A DNA stretch of 63,160 bases, the filler included, from Chiloscyllium plagiosum (lineage: Eukaryota): NCBI RefSeq assembly GCF_004010195.1. It is 4 parts of one record of this genome, joined end to end, with 100 filler letters (N's around TTAATTAATTAA, not from the genome) between each part and the next. Parts side by side here need not be neighbours in the genome. Positions count along the whole stretch, not along the records: positions 1 to 28,440 come from NC_057710.1; 3 more parts are not named here. The stretch is one strand, 5' to 3'. Shown here piece after piece: positions 13,111-26,664 of this stretch. The notes under the pieces were generated by a model. It saw only the letters and a program-made list of their open reading frames with translations, had not been told where the DNA came from and did not search any database. Positions within the stretch are counted from its first letter, which is position 1, and each line of letters starts with the position of its first letter. The translations under genes and the position numbers were made by a program.

Positions 13111-13861
13111 TGCTGATTGACTGGAAATTTTACTGTTTGTCTCTTTATAGATTTGCTCGACCCACTGAGCATTTCCAGCAGCATTTATTGATTATTTCAG
13201 ATTTTTCTGTGGTTTTCTTTTGTATATGGTATTTAGCATTTTATTGGGAATTATCCTACAGGTCACCAGATTTATTTGTAACTATTCTTCTCCAAGGAGC
13301 CATGTTTTTTCTAGAATCAGCGTTAGTTGCTGTGGTTTAGTATAACACTCGGGACTGTGTTGTGGTTTCACAGTGTCCAACCTGCTTTAGATTGGATGGG
13401 CAACTTATCCCTGTTCACAGTTAACTGCAAGTACTGGTACATGAGAGACTCACATGCCCAATTAACAAAAAATAACATCTTTGTACCCATTTCTCATGAA
13501 CCACCAGTATGGGACAATGATCCTGCTTGGCTGCTGACTTGTCATGAACAGAACTAATAATCATATGCAAAGCACAATTGGGTTTGGATCTATAGGTTCC
13601 TGAATTATTCTAAATGCTGAGTTCAATAAGTAAAACAATGAAAGGATGGTTCTATGCTCCAGAACTCTATGCCAGCCAGGACTCTATGAAAGACAGATGT
13701 GAGTTAAGTGCAGACTAACCATACAGATGGGTAGTCAGGGGGCACATGCAGTTTACGCAGGGATAGATGCGTTTTTCAAGAGTGACAGTCCAAAAAAACT
13801 GTTTGGCCTGCCAAGCGCCATGGTTCAGCACATTTTCATCGCAGCTAGTCATGACATCCAG

Positions 13862-16780
13862 GATGTCAGGATGGCAGCCGGTGGCAAGTGGTGTTCCGCA
13901 AGGCTCAGTGTTGAGACCATAACTTTTCATTTTATATATTAACAATCTAGATGAAGGAACTGAGAGTATTCTGGCCAAGTTTGCAGCTGATACAAAGATA
14001 GGTAGAGGGACAGGTAACACTGAGGAGGCATAGAGGCTGCAAAAGGATTTGGACACATTAGAATAGTGGGCAAAGAAGGGGCAGATGGAAGGCAACGTGG
14101 GAAAGTCTAACATTCCTCATGATTTGGAGATGCCGGTGTTGGACTGGGGTGACCAAAGTTAAAAATCACACAACACCAGGTTATACTCCAACAGGGTTTA
14201 ATTGGAAGCACTAGCTTTCGGAGCGCCACTCCTTTGTCAGGAAGAACAGAGGCATGGACTATTTTCTAAATGGGAAGAAAATTCGGAAGTCTGAAGTGCA
14301 AAGAGATTTAGGAGTTCCCGTCTAGGATCCTCTCAAGGTTATCTTGCAAGTTGAGTCAGTAGTTAGGAAGTCAAATGGATGGCATTTATTTTGAGAGGAC
14401 TTAAATATAAAAGCAGGGATCCAGCTTTAAGACTCAATAAGGTTCTGGTCAGACCACATTTGGAGTATTGTGTGCAGTTTTGGACCCCATATCTCAGGAA
14501 GGATTTACTGGCCCTGGAGCATGTTCAGAGGAGGTTCACGAGAATGATCCCAGGAATAAAAAGCTTAACATATGAGGAACGTTTGAGGACTCTGGGTCTA
14601 TACTCGATGGAGTTTAGAAGGATGGGGTGGGGGGGGGTGTGGAATCTAACTGAATCTTACAGAAAACTGAATGGCCTGGACAGAATGGATATTGTGCAGA
14701 TGTTTCCATTAGTAGGAGAGACTAGGACCCGGAGGAATTGCCTAAGAGTAAAAGGAAGACATTTTAGAACAGAGATAAGGAGAAACATCTTCAGCCAGAG
14801 AGTGGTGAATCTAGGTAAAGGGCAGTGGGAAATCAGAGGATTGGGAAGCTTACAAAGAGCAACAGGGGGCAACAAAGAAAGACATAAGGAAGGAGAAGAT
14901 TAAATATGAGGGTAAGCTAGCCAGTAATATAAAGGAGGACTGTATGAGTTTCGTTCGATATATTAAGGGCAAACAACAGGTAAAACTAGACTTTGGGCTA
15001 TTGGAAAATGATGCTGGAGAGATTATAGTAGGGAACAAGGAAATGGCTGAGGAATGATTTCTTTGCATCAGTCTTCACGGTGGAAGACATGAGTAATTTC
15101 CTAAAATCTCAAGAGAGTAAGGGGGCAGAGCTGAGTATGGTGGCCATCACCAAGGAGATGGTGCTAGAAAAACTGAATGGCCTGGAGGTGGATAAATCAC
15201 CTGGACCAGAGGGACTACACCTCAGAGGTCTAAAGGAGATAGCTGAAGAGATAGTGGAGATGTTACTGGCAATTGTTCAGGCAATGCTAGAGTCAGGGAG
15301 GGTCCCAGAGGACTGGGAAATCACTAATCTGAGATTCCTATTTAAATAGGGAGTAAGGCAAAAGATGGAAAATTACAGACCAATTAGCCTAATCCTGGTC
15401 GTGGGTAAGATCCTGGAATCCATTATGAAGAATGAGATTTCTGAATACTTGGAAGTGCCTGGTAAACTAGGGCAATGTCAGCATGGTTTCATCAAGGGAA
15501 GGTCATGCCTGACAAATCTGCTAAAATTTTTAGAGGAAGTAAAGAGCAGGTTAGACCAAGGGGAGCCAATGGATGTTGTCTACCTGGACTTCATGAAAGC
15601 CTTTGTCAGGGTGCAGTACAGGAGACTACTGAGTAAGATAAGGGCTCATGGTGTCAGAGGCAACGTGTTAGTATGGATAGAGGCCTGGCTGTCTGGCAGA
15701 AAGCACAGGGTAGGGGAAAAAGGGTCTTTCTCAGGATAGCAGCCGGTGACAAGTGGTGTTCCGCAAAGCTCAGTGTTGGGACCATAACTTTTCATTTTAT
15801 ATATTAACAATCTAGATGAAGGAACTGAGGGCATTCTGGCCAAGTTTGCAGCTGATACAAAAATAGGTAGAGGGACAGGTAGCACTGAGGAGGCAGGGAG
15901 GCTGCAAAAGGATTTGGACACATTAGGATAGTGGGCAAAGAAGGGGCAGATGGAAGGCAACGTGGGAAAGTGTGAGGTCATGCACTTTGTCAGGAAGAAC
16001 AGAGACATGGACTATTTTCTAAATGGGAAGAAAATTTGGAAGTCTGAAGTGCAAAGAGATTTAGGAGTTCCCGTCCAGGAATCTCTCAAGGTTAACTTGC
16101 AAGTTGAGTCAGTAGTTAGGAAGTCAAATGGATGGCATTTATTTTGAGAGGACTTGAATATAAAAGCAGGAGTGCAGCTTTAAGACTCAATAAGGCTCTG
16201 GTCAAACCACATTTGGAGTGTTGTGTGCAGTTTTGGACGCCATATCTCAGGAAGGATTTACTGGCCCTGGAGCATGTTCAGAGAAGGTTCACGAGAATGG
16301 TCCCAGGAATGAAAAGCTTAACATATGAGGAACGTTTGAGGACTCTGGGTCTATACTCGATGGAGTTTGGAAGGATGGGGTGGGGGGAATCTAACTGAAT
16401 CTTACAGAAAACTGAATGGCCTGGACAGAATGGATATTGTGCAGATGTTTCCATTGGTAGGAGAGACTAGGACCCGGAGGAATTGCCTAAGAGTAAAAGG
16501 AAGACATTTTAGAACAGAGATAAGGATAAACATCTTCAGCCAGACAGTGGTGAATCTATGGAATTCATTGCCACAGAAGGCTGTGGAGGCCAGGTCATTG
16601 AGTGTATTTAAGACTGAGATAGATAGGTTCTTGAATATCAAAGGGATCAAGGGTTATGGGGAGAAAGGAGGAGAATGGGGTTGAGAAACTTATCAGCCAT
16701 GATTGAATGGTGGAGCAGACTCGATGGGCTGAATGGCCTAATTTCTGTTCCTATCTCTTATGCTCTTGTGGTCTTATGCC
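13862..16780 (+). mobile_element. CR1 family C element (14813-16780) preceded by a local duplicate of its RT C-terminal part (13862-14812)
   Basis: KSPGPEGLHL, NYRPISL, YLDFMKAF and RPHLEYCVQFW motifs; (TCTTATG)-like tail at ~16755-16780. 13862-14812 is near-identical to ~15729-16558. Confidence 0.9.
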
Positions 16781-17052
16781 TTCACAAAAGATTACAACCA
16801 TAACTAGGACCCAATGCATCTCAATCCAGAAACATTTGAACTGTTGCCATATTGTACTGGACAGCAAAGGAGATTATATTCCATCATTGTCCAAATTTTC
16901 CAACAGTGGCAATCTTGAGGAGAGGAAGCAGGAGAAGGTGAACTAAGATCAAATTCTAGGGTTGGGGACACATGTTGTGTGCACGTGTCTTGAGTTTATG
17001 ATAAGCGTAGGGTCAAGGGTTACATTATGTTTTTCACAGTCTAACATTCCTC

Positions 17053-17256
17053 ATGATTTGAAGATGCCGGTGTTGGACTGGGGTGTACAAAGTTTAAAAT
17101 CACACAACACCAGGTTATAGTCCAACAGGTTTAATTGGAAGCACACTAGCTTTCGGAGCGCCATCCTTTACCACCTGATGAAGGAGCGTCGCTCCGAAAG
17201 CTAGTGCTTCCAACTAAACCTGTTGGACTATGACCTGGTATTGTATGATTTTTAAC
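17053..17256. mobile_element. Inverted-pair PLE-derived short element (family H1) with 11-bp TSD
   Basis: 17053-17165 is the reverse-complement 3' end and 17172-17256 is the forward copy. TSD taacattcctc at 17042-17052 and 17253-17263. Confidence 0.8.
17172..17206 (+). ncRNA. Minimal type I hammerhead ribozyme motif (H1), intact
   Basis: CAC CUGAUGA A GGAGC GUC GCUCC GAAA GCU A GUG. All core nucleotides are present and stems I and II are perfect. Predicted cleavage is after CUA. Confidence 0.85.
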
Positions 17257-18242
17257 ATTCCTCGGTAACTATTTACCTCAGTTTATCAGACCCCTCTGAA
17301 TCCTCTAGATTAAATGGAGACCTACAGATGGTTCTGAAAGGGGAACTGAACAGCAGAATCTTCAGCTTTGCAGGAAATTCCTTTGCAAGGTCTCCTTGAA
17401 CAATCCCACTGGAATAGTAACTGGCGGGTCATTGAAAAATCCAAGGCCATATTGTGTAACACCAACAAAATCTCAGCATTATCTGTACCAACATGACAGA
17501 AGCTATGAAAGTAGATCCTTTCAATAATTCCCATTTGCAATTTTATTAACGAACCTTCAGAATGGTTTAGGTAGTGCCCAGGGCAGCCAGCTTTGGCTGC
17601 TAGCTGAGTTTTGTGGAGTATAATATTGATCTGTAGTGACCAAAATAAATGACAGGTGGCAGTTACATGTTAATGTGATTAGCCCCTACAAACATTAAAT
17701 AGTGTATCATCACTTACAGACACTGAAAGGCAACAGGGTCAAAGGGGGAAGCAATAGTCTCTTGCTATTGCTAATAAGAGTTAACATGGAACAAGACCAA
17801 TCAATGGTTTGTCAGGATTTAACCCAAAGAACTTCCATAATTTCCGAATTATTGATTAAGAATTGGGAGGGGGTAAGTTGTTTGAAATGCAGGAAGGACT
17901 GAATTTGCAGCAGTGACCGACAAATAAATCTTTGACTGGAATTCTAGTTCGCAATGAGTGATCGTTAACAGTAAAAGGAGAATAGCTCAAAACAGACATA
18001 GAAAGATCCACAGCACAATTAAAAATGCATATGGTGCAAAGACCTAACTGAGCTCCCGAATATTTTTTTGAAGTGTCATCCTTAAAATCAAATCTTTTGT
18101 TACTGGAAAATAGTGTTATTTTCCCAGTGTGTATGTCAAACTATGGAGGGATCGTTTCAATGGTGGAGATTGTAGCATTTTACTGCTGAGATTCACCATT
18201 ACTTTGTGATTCAGACTGAATTCTCGAGGAATAGTAAATTTA

Positions 18243-18578
<336 letters not shown>

Positions 18579-18986
18579 TCAGGAAATGTTCACTTCCAAA
18601 GAATGCCACAAAGTCAAAATAAAAATGCAGCTAGAGGTTATGCTTTCTTTAATGACATAAAAATGGTTCATACGTTTCGCATTAACTATTACTGTATCCC
18701 CCTAAAATAATGAATTTGACAGAAAAGCAGATAAAACAAAACATGGTGGGAATACTCAGCTGGTCAGGAGGAATGTGTGGGCAGAAACAGAGTTAATGTT
18801 TCCGATTAAGATTATTTTTCATCAGGTTAGATGGGCTTCAGAATCGTTTCACAGGTCGGCGCAACATTGAGGGCCGAAGGGCCTGTACTGAGCTGTAAGG
18901 TTCTATGCTCTTAAAAGTGAATTTAATGCAAGTATGCTAATCAATTGGTTCAGTGGTTAGCACAGCTGTCTCACAGTGCCAGGGAC

Positions 18987-20930
18987 CTGTAGGGAGTGCT
19001 GGATGACCAGAGAAATTGAGGTTTTGGTCGAAAGAAAGAAAAGAGCATAAAGGCACTTTAGAGGGAAATCAGGAGGGCAAAAAGGGGACATGAAATAGCT
19101 TTGGCAAATAGGGTAATGTGAATCCAAAAGTGGTTCTACAAATATATTCAGGACAAAAGGGTAACTGGGGACAGAATAGGGCCCCTCAAATATCAGCAAG
19201 GCAGCCTACATGTGCAACTGCAGGAGTTGGGGGAGATACTAAATGAGTATTTTGCATTAGTGTTTAGTATGGAGAAGGATATGGAAGATAGAGAACTTGG
19301 GGAAATAAATAGTGGCATCTTGAAAAATCTCCATATTACACAGGAGGTGGTGCTGGACATCCTAAAATGCATAAAGGTGGATAAATACTGGGGACCTGAT
19401 CAGGTGTACCCTAGAACTCTGTGGGAAGTGAGGGAAGTAATTGCTGGGTCTATTGCTGAGATATTTGTATTGTCGATAGTCACAGGTGAGGTACCTGAAG
19501 AATGGAGCTTGGCAAACGTGGTGCCACTGTTTAAGAAAAGTGGTAAAGAAAAGCCAGGGAACTATAGACCTGTGAGCCTAACATCAGTGGTGGGCAAGCT
19601 ATTGCAGGGAACCCTGAGGGACAGGATGTACATGTATTTGGAAAGGCAAGGACTGATTAGGGATAGTCAACATGGCTTTGTGGGAAATCATGTCTCCTTA
19701 ACTTGATTGAGTTTTTAAAGAAGTAACAAAGAGGACTGATGAGAGCAAAGCAGTTGATGCGGCCCATGTGGACTTCAGTAAGGCATTCAGCAAGATTCCC
19801 CATGGGAGACTAATTAGCAAGGCTAGATCACACGGAATACAGGGAGAACTAACCATTTGGATACAGAACGGGCTCAAAGGTAGAAGACAGAGGATGGCGG
19901 TGGAGGGTTGGTTTTCAGACTGGAGGCCTGTGACCAGTGTAGCGCCACAAGGATCGGTGCTGGGTCCACTGCTTTTTGTCATTTACATAAATGATTTGAA
20001 TATGAATATAGGAGGTATAGTTAGTACATTTGCAGATCACACCAAAATTGGAGGTATAGTGGACAGCGAAGAAAGTTACCTCAGAATACAATAAGATCTT
20101 GATCAGATGGGCCAATGGGCTGAAAACTTTAATTTAAATAAATGTGAGGTGCTCTAGTTTGGAAAGGCAAATTAATGGAGGACTTATGCACTTAATGGTA
20201 AGATTTTGGGAGTGTTGCTGAATAAAGGGACTTTGGACTACAGGTTCATAGTTCCTTGAAAGTGGAGTCGCAGGTAGGTAGGATAATGAAAAAGGCATTT
20301 GGTATGGTTGTCTTTATTGGTCAGTGCATTGAGTACAGGAGTTGGGAGGTCATGTTGTAACTGTACAGGACATTGGTTTGGCCACTTTTGGAGTATTGCA
20401 TGCAATTCTGGCCTCCCTTCTACAGAAAGGATGTTGTAAAATTTTAAAGAGTTCAGAAAAGATTTACAAGGATGTTGCTAAGGTTGGATAGTTTGAGCTT
20501 CAGGGAAAGAGTGAATAGTCTGGGGCTATTGTTACTGGAGCATCTGGGTTTAAGGGCTTTATAGAGCTTTATAAAATCATGGGGCATGGCTAGGATAAAT
20601 AGGCAAGGTCTTTTTCCTGGGGTGGAGGAGTTCAAAACTAGACCACATAGGATTCAGATAAGAGGGAAAAGAGTTAACGGTCAACATTTTCATGCAGAGG
20701 GTGGGATATGAATGGAATGAGCTGCCAGATGAAATGGTAGAGGCTGGTACAATTACAACACTTAAAAGGCATCTGGATGGATATATGAATAGGAAGCGTT
20801 TGGAGGGATATTTCAAGGGATGATGCTGGCAAATGGGACTAGATTTATGTAGGAAATCTGGTCAGCAAGGACGAGTTGGACTGAAGGGTCTGTTACCCTG
20901 CTGTATATCTCTATAACTCCATGAGTCTAT
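18987..20930 (+). mobile_element. 5'-truncated CR1 family B
   Basis: ORF fragments [38 protein letters not shown], plus the 3' tail. Confidence 0.9.
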
Positions 20931-21649
20931 GCTGCCGTTCAGAGAGGTGGTGGTTAAGTGAAGTTGGTTGCCTTTACTGCTCATAAAACAACTAATGCTG
21001 TGATTTCTGGTGATGTTGATAAATAGGAGGGGTTTGAGAGACTAGACGTAAGGGTGCAAGTGCAGAGAGAAGCTATTTCAAGTGAATCTCTGGCTACACT
21101 TAGGAAGGTATGAATGGTACGAGTTGAGAGCACTCCCATGCAGCTAGATGACAATGGAGAAATGTTGACAGAGGAATGTTTGCTTTACTGTGTCAGAAGC
21201 AAAAATGAAAATATGAGATGAAGAATGAGGGAATACAAAGTTGACTCCTTCCATTGTGATGGTGGATGTTTTTGTGACATTCATAAGACTTACTTTGTTG
21301 TTGTGGCAAAAGCAAAAACCGGATTGGAAGTATTCAAACATGACTGCTCAGAAAGACAGAAACAGATTTGGGAAGCGGCAATACATTCCAGAGCTATAGA
21401 AAGGGAAGGAAGATTTCAAAGCGGTTTGTAAGAATAGGCAAGGGGTTGGCTTTTTGAGGAGAGGATGATAACAACAGGTTTAAAGCACAGGGACAGAGCG
21501 GACTACAAAAGCCTTGGTATCAGGAGCAGTCTTTGGTCAAACAGCACCTTAAACAGATATAAAGGGGGTTTCTGCAACAGCATTAGTTCATTATAACATA
21601 TGAACTAATTTGAAACAGGTTTATGAGGCAAATGTCAGGAAATTGTACA

Positions 21650-23060
21650 TCATAGAGATCAAGAGCACAGAAAAAGCACTTTGGCCATCATGTTTAGGCC
21701 ACTCCGAAATAAACACTCTAATCCCATTTTCTAGCATTTGGCCAATAGCATTGAATGCATCTGAAATAATGTCCGAGTTACCACATCTATCATCCTTAAA
21801 GGCAGTGAGTTCCAAATTCCCACTGCACGCTGGGTTAAAAAAAAACTGTCCCTCACATCTTCATAAAACCTTCTGCCCAGAAATCCATACACCCTGGTCG
21901 TGGATGTTTCCATCGAGGAGAAAGGTTTATTCCTGTCTACTCTATTGATGCTCCTCATAATCACGTCCCCTCTTAATCTCCTCTGCTCTAAGAAAAACAG
22001 CCCCAGTTTGTCCAACCCCTCTTCATATCTGAAACTCTCTAGCCCAGACAACATCGTGGTTAGTCTCCTCTGCACCCTCTCCAGTGCTAATATATTTCTC
22101 CTATAATGTGGGTTCCAGAACTGCACACTGTGGAGGCCTAACCAATATTTCAAACTGTTCCAGCACAATTTCTCTGCTCTTAAACTCTATTCCTCGACCA
22201 ATAAATTCAAGTACATCATATATTTTCTTCACCACGTTATCTCCTTGTCTTGATACCTTCAGGGATCAGTGTACATGAACACCAAGCTCCCACTGATTCT
22301 TGCTGTTTCCCAGGGTTCTACATTCAATCTCTTTCCTTGTTAGCCGACCAAACTGCGCCACCTCATATTTATGTGGCTTAAATTTTATTTGCTACTGATT
22401 ACCCCAGCTGACCAACCCATCGATTTCCTTTTGGGGTCCGAGGCTATCCTCCTCACTATTTAGCCCCCACCATATTTTTTTATCATCTGCGAACTTACTT
22501 ATCAATTCCCCTTATATTCCAGTCTAAATCATTTGTTATCTCAAACAGCAAGGGCTCCAATACTGACACCTGTGGGACCCCACTGGACACAGATGTCCAG
22601 TCAGGAAAACACCCCCTCACCTATCACCCTTCACTTCCTGCCACTCAGTGAATTCTGGCTCCAATTAGCAAAACCTCCTTGGCTCCCATGGGCTATTTAT
22701 CTTTGCTATCAGTTTCACATGTGGGATGTGAACAGCTCACTGAAGTCCAAATATATCTGAAGCACTGCCCTCACCTATACACTTCGTCATCTTTTTGAGA
22801 AATTCAATCAAGTCTGTCAGATATGACCTCACCTGAACAAAACCAGGCTGACTGTTCTTGATTAAACTCTACCTCTCCAAATGCAGATTAATTCTATCCT
22901 TCAGAATTGCTTTCAATAGTTACTCCAACACTGAGGTCAGACCAAGAGGCCTGTAGTTTCCTTGTTTATCCCTTTCTCCCTTTTGAATAACAAATTTGGT
23001 TGACCTCCAGTCTTCTGGCATCCCTCCCATTGCCAGAGACAAATTAAATATATTTGCAAG
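21650..23060 (-). mobile_element. Older CR1 LINE RT/3' end
   Basis: Minus ORF VQFWNPHYRRNILALERVQRRLT...RRLRGDV, with decayed RT upstream. Confidence 0.8.
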
Positions 23061-23086
23061 CACCCCTGCTGTCTCTTCTTTTGCCT

Positions 23087-24160
23087 CATGAATGAATGAA
23101 TGAATGAATTTAGTTTATTGTCACGTGTACCGAGGCACATCATTGAATAGCAAAAACACAGGTACAGGCGAATTGAAGAGTTTGTGAGCCCATTCAGTGT
23201 TCTAACAACACTAGGGTAGAAACTGTTTTGAAACCGACTGGTGCGTGTGTTCAGGCTTCTGTACCTTCTCCCCGATGGTAGAGGTTGTAGAAAAACATTG
23301 CCAGGGTGGGATGGATTTTTGGGAATGCTGGCGGCCTTTCCTTGACAGTGGGCCTGGTAGATGGATTCTATAGAAGGGAGGTTGGCCTTTGTGATTGTCC
23401 GGGCTGAGTTCACCACCCTCTGTAAACGTCTCTGATCTTGAATGGTACAGTTGCCATACCAGGTAGTGATACATCCAGACAGAATGCTCTCGATGGCACA
23501 CCTATAAAAGTTGGTAAGGGTATTCGTCGTCATGCCAAATTTCCTCAGCTGCCCGAGGAAGCAAAGATGTTATTAGGCCTTTGTAACCAGTGCATCCACA
23601 TGAAGAGTCCAAGAAAGCTTGTTGTGGATGACCACTCCCAGGAGCTTGACACTCTCCACTCGTTCCACCTCTGTGCTGTTAATGTGTAGGGGAGCACGAG
23701 TAATATCCTGCCGAAAGTCAATAATGAGTTCCTTGGTTTTGCCGGCATTGAGAGCTAGGTTGTTCTCAGTGCACCATTTTTCCAGGTCTTCCACCTCCCA
23801 TCTGTAGTCTGTTTCGTCGCCATCTGAGATTCAACCAACTATGGTGGTGTCTTCTGTGAACTTGTAAATAGCATTAGTCTGGTATTTGGCGACACAGTCA
23901 TGGGTATACAGTGAGTACAGCAGGGGGTTGAGTATGCACCCTTGGGGGGCTCAGTGTTGAGTGTGAGTGAGGATGAAATATTGTTCCTAATCTTCACTGA
24001 TTGTGGCCTGTGGGTCAGGAAACTGAGCATCCAGTTGCAGAGGGTTGGACTTAGTCCGAGATCACTAAGTTTAGTAATGAGTCTCGAGGGGACAATAATG
24101 TTGAAGGCTGAACTGAAGTCAATGAGTAGGGTTCTTACGTAGCTGTTCTTGGTGTCAAGA
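23087..24160 (-). mobile_element. Rex1/Babar LINE 3' portion with (TTCA)n tail
   Basis: DLEKWCTENNLALNAGKTKELIIDFR and TLTNFYRCAIESILSGCITTWYGN...LPSGRRYRSL. The tail reads atgaatgaatgaatg on the plus strand. Confidence 0.88.
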
Positions 24161-24424
24161 GCCTGGGATACATTATATCTGGCTATCCACTTTTAAGCCT
24201 GCCAGACCACTCACAACCTTCTCTCAGTCTATGCCAATTCCTTTAATTGTATAACAGATTTTCAATGTGTTCTACACCCATATCGTCCCTTTCACTAGTG
24301 GTTTATTCCCCCGGGCATCTGCTGTTTTGAGTCCTAATGCTGTATATTCCTTTATATCCAGGATTCACAGGATTTGATGGTCCAACCTTTTCCTTTATCA
24401 GAATATGTTAGCCCCGTATTTCAG

Positions 24425-24722
24425 AGAAACATAGAAAATAGGAACAGCCCATTTACTCCTTCAAGTCTGCATCACCATTCAATATGATCATGGCTGATCA
24501 TGAAATTTCACTATCCCATTCCCATCCTCTTCCCATACCTCTTGATCTTTCCCATACCTCTTGATCTCTTTCGCTGTAAGGGCCTTGCCCAGTTTTCTCT
24601 TTTTGAATGTATCTAATGAACTGGCCCCAATAGCTTCGTGTAGGAGACAATTCCACAAGTTCACAACTCTCTGAGTGAAGAAATTCTTCCTCATCTCAGT
24701 CCTGAATGGCTTACCCCTTATT
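24425..24722 (-). mobile_element. CR1 3' end fragment
   Basis: MRKNFFTQRVVNLWN followed by a 3' UTR. Confidence 0.75.
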
Positions 24723-24815
24723 TGTAATTATGTGGAGGAGCCGGTGTTGGACTGGGGTGGACAAAGCTAAAAATCCCACAAAACCTGGTTTTAACCAACA
24801 GGGTTTATTTGGAAG

Positions 24816-24850
24816 CACTAGCTTTCGGAGCACTGTTCCTTCATCAGGTG
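24816..24850 (-). ncRNA. Minimal hammerhead ribozyme motif (H1) within a PLE fragment (~24730-24945)
   Basis: Minus strand reads CAC CUGAUGA A GGAAC AGU GCUCC GAAA GCU A GUG. The core is intact with one stem II mismatch. Confidence 0.75.
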
Positions 24851-24949
24851 GTTGTGGAGCAGGACCATAAGACACAGAATTTCTAGCAAAAGATTACAGT
24901 GGCATGCAACTGAAATGATATATTGAACTGACCTAGATCTGCTGGAGAA

Positions 24950-26660
24950 ACCAGAATGGATTGAAGTTGGGGCAGTGTTAGGAGCAGATGATGTTTGGAG
25001 AAAGGAAGGTAAGGTGATAGCTACCACATTCTGTCAACAGACCCTATGCAATGTTTACCATGTATCAGCAAACGTAGGGAAGAGTGAAATGATACAACTG
25101 ATATCCAATTGCTGGTGGTGGAAAGGAAAGCTAAATTTTTGTCATCGATGTACTGCATGTGCACAGAGAGAATCAGGACAAGGAATTAAAATTAAAATGA
25201 GTCACCAGCCCTGTCCATGGGGACCATGGGAACACATACAAATGAACTTTACAGGATCATTCCCACAGTTCACTAGATGGATTGAAGCCTTCCCCACAAG
25301 GGATTCTACAACAACCACAGTAGAAAAATACTTGCCACAGAAATATTACCTGCATGAGGAGTTCCCCTACAATTAGACTCAGACCGAGAAATTCATTTTT
25401 CAGGCATGCCTGAAGCCTGCAAACTCTTGAGATTAAGACAGAACTATCATATCCCCTACCACCCACAAAGTTCAGGTTTGGCAGAGAGAATGACTAAAAT
25501 TCTGAAAAATGCCATGACTAAGGCAATGGTAGAGGGAGTTAAAATGGATCCCACCCCCATCAGCCATTTTAATGGCCCAGAGAGTAACTCCCTCAAGGGC
25601 TACTGGACAAACACCCTTTGAGCTCATCACAGGACGGGCAATGACACTCCCCCAGGACCTAATCACTGAGGGAGCAGAATTCACTAACAGCAAGGGACAA
25701 ATCTGGGATTATATGAATTCCCTTGGTAGGCATTTACACATACTTTATGGACAAGCACAAGATCACCAGCTTGTCAAAGACGAGGAGTCGAAGGGTTGCC
25801 CAGGACAAACAGGAAGGTGAGCCCCAGGATCCTGGTGAAAAGAATCTCGAGCAAGGGAGCCCCATCACCTTAATGGGATGGACCTCATGAGGTAATGTTA
25901 ACAGGTAATAGGAGCCTGTTTGTTAAAGAAAATGGAAACGTTCTACAAAATTAAAGTGTATAAAAACTAACAGCCGCCAGCAAGCATGTTCTTTTTCTCT
26001 CTCTTCTCAGACCACAAAGACTCCGAACAACATCATCTCAGAACTTCACCAACAACGAACATAACACCGAGGACCTTGAAAAAAACAATTTGTGATGTGG
26101 TTGTGCAGAAGTAACTATAATTAAGAATAACCCTGATAGCATAAGCATGAAAATGCTACTGCTCTCTGGGCCTCTCTCGGCTTTGATCCCACTGAGAAGA
26201 GATAGGCAAGTGGTAAAATGGGAACTTAATTTAACACGTTTATATATATGTCCTATGCTTATGTCAAACATATTAATGTCTCCAGTTGCTTGGTTTGTTC
26301 ACACATCCCAATACATTCAAAGGGCAGAATCCCTCCGAGATCAATTCCTTTCTTCACATCTGAAGAGGCAGAATGGATCACTCGCCAGAATGCTGGGGTT
26401 CACATGGCTGACAAACATTGTGTTGGGACTAGGTTGTACTGGATGGACATTACTGGTATCCAAGATAAGTGAGAATCAGTTTTCTGCTTTTGAAGGCTGT
26501 TACCAACCACAATTTAACACCTCCCATATACCATCATTTGTTACCGTTAACCATTACATCAACACTAAAAAGACCAATTTCTTCAATTTGCCTTATTAAA
26601 TCCAAGCCAGGGGGTTGGGCTGCAGGTCAGAGTAGTTGCATTCAATATTTTAAGTACAAG
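24950..26660 (+). mobile_element. Endogenous retrovirus fragment: integrase core/C-terminus, env splice acceptor and env SU N-terminus (class I, gamma/epsilon-like)
   Basis: Integrase motifs GPWEHIQMNF, FTRWIEAFPT, HIPYHPQSSGLAER and TGQTPFELITGRAM. A pyrimidine tract plus AG ends at 26010. A signal-like MKMLLLSG begins at 26147, and frameshifted NVSSCLVCSHIP carries a CxxC motif. Confidence 0.75.
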
Positions 26661-26664
26661 ATGT

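Noticed and set aside
13640..13800. Possible retroviral Env TM immunosuppressive motif (SQG(G)TCSL...RC)
   Set aside because: Requires a frameshift, the spacing to the LQN-like motif is wrong, and there is no supporting context.
14209..14243. Additional H1 hammerhead
   Set aside because: The core reads CUGACAA and the 5' stem I strand is replaced by CR1 sequence, so it is predicted inactive.
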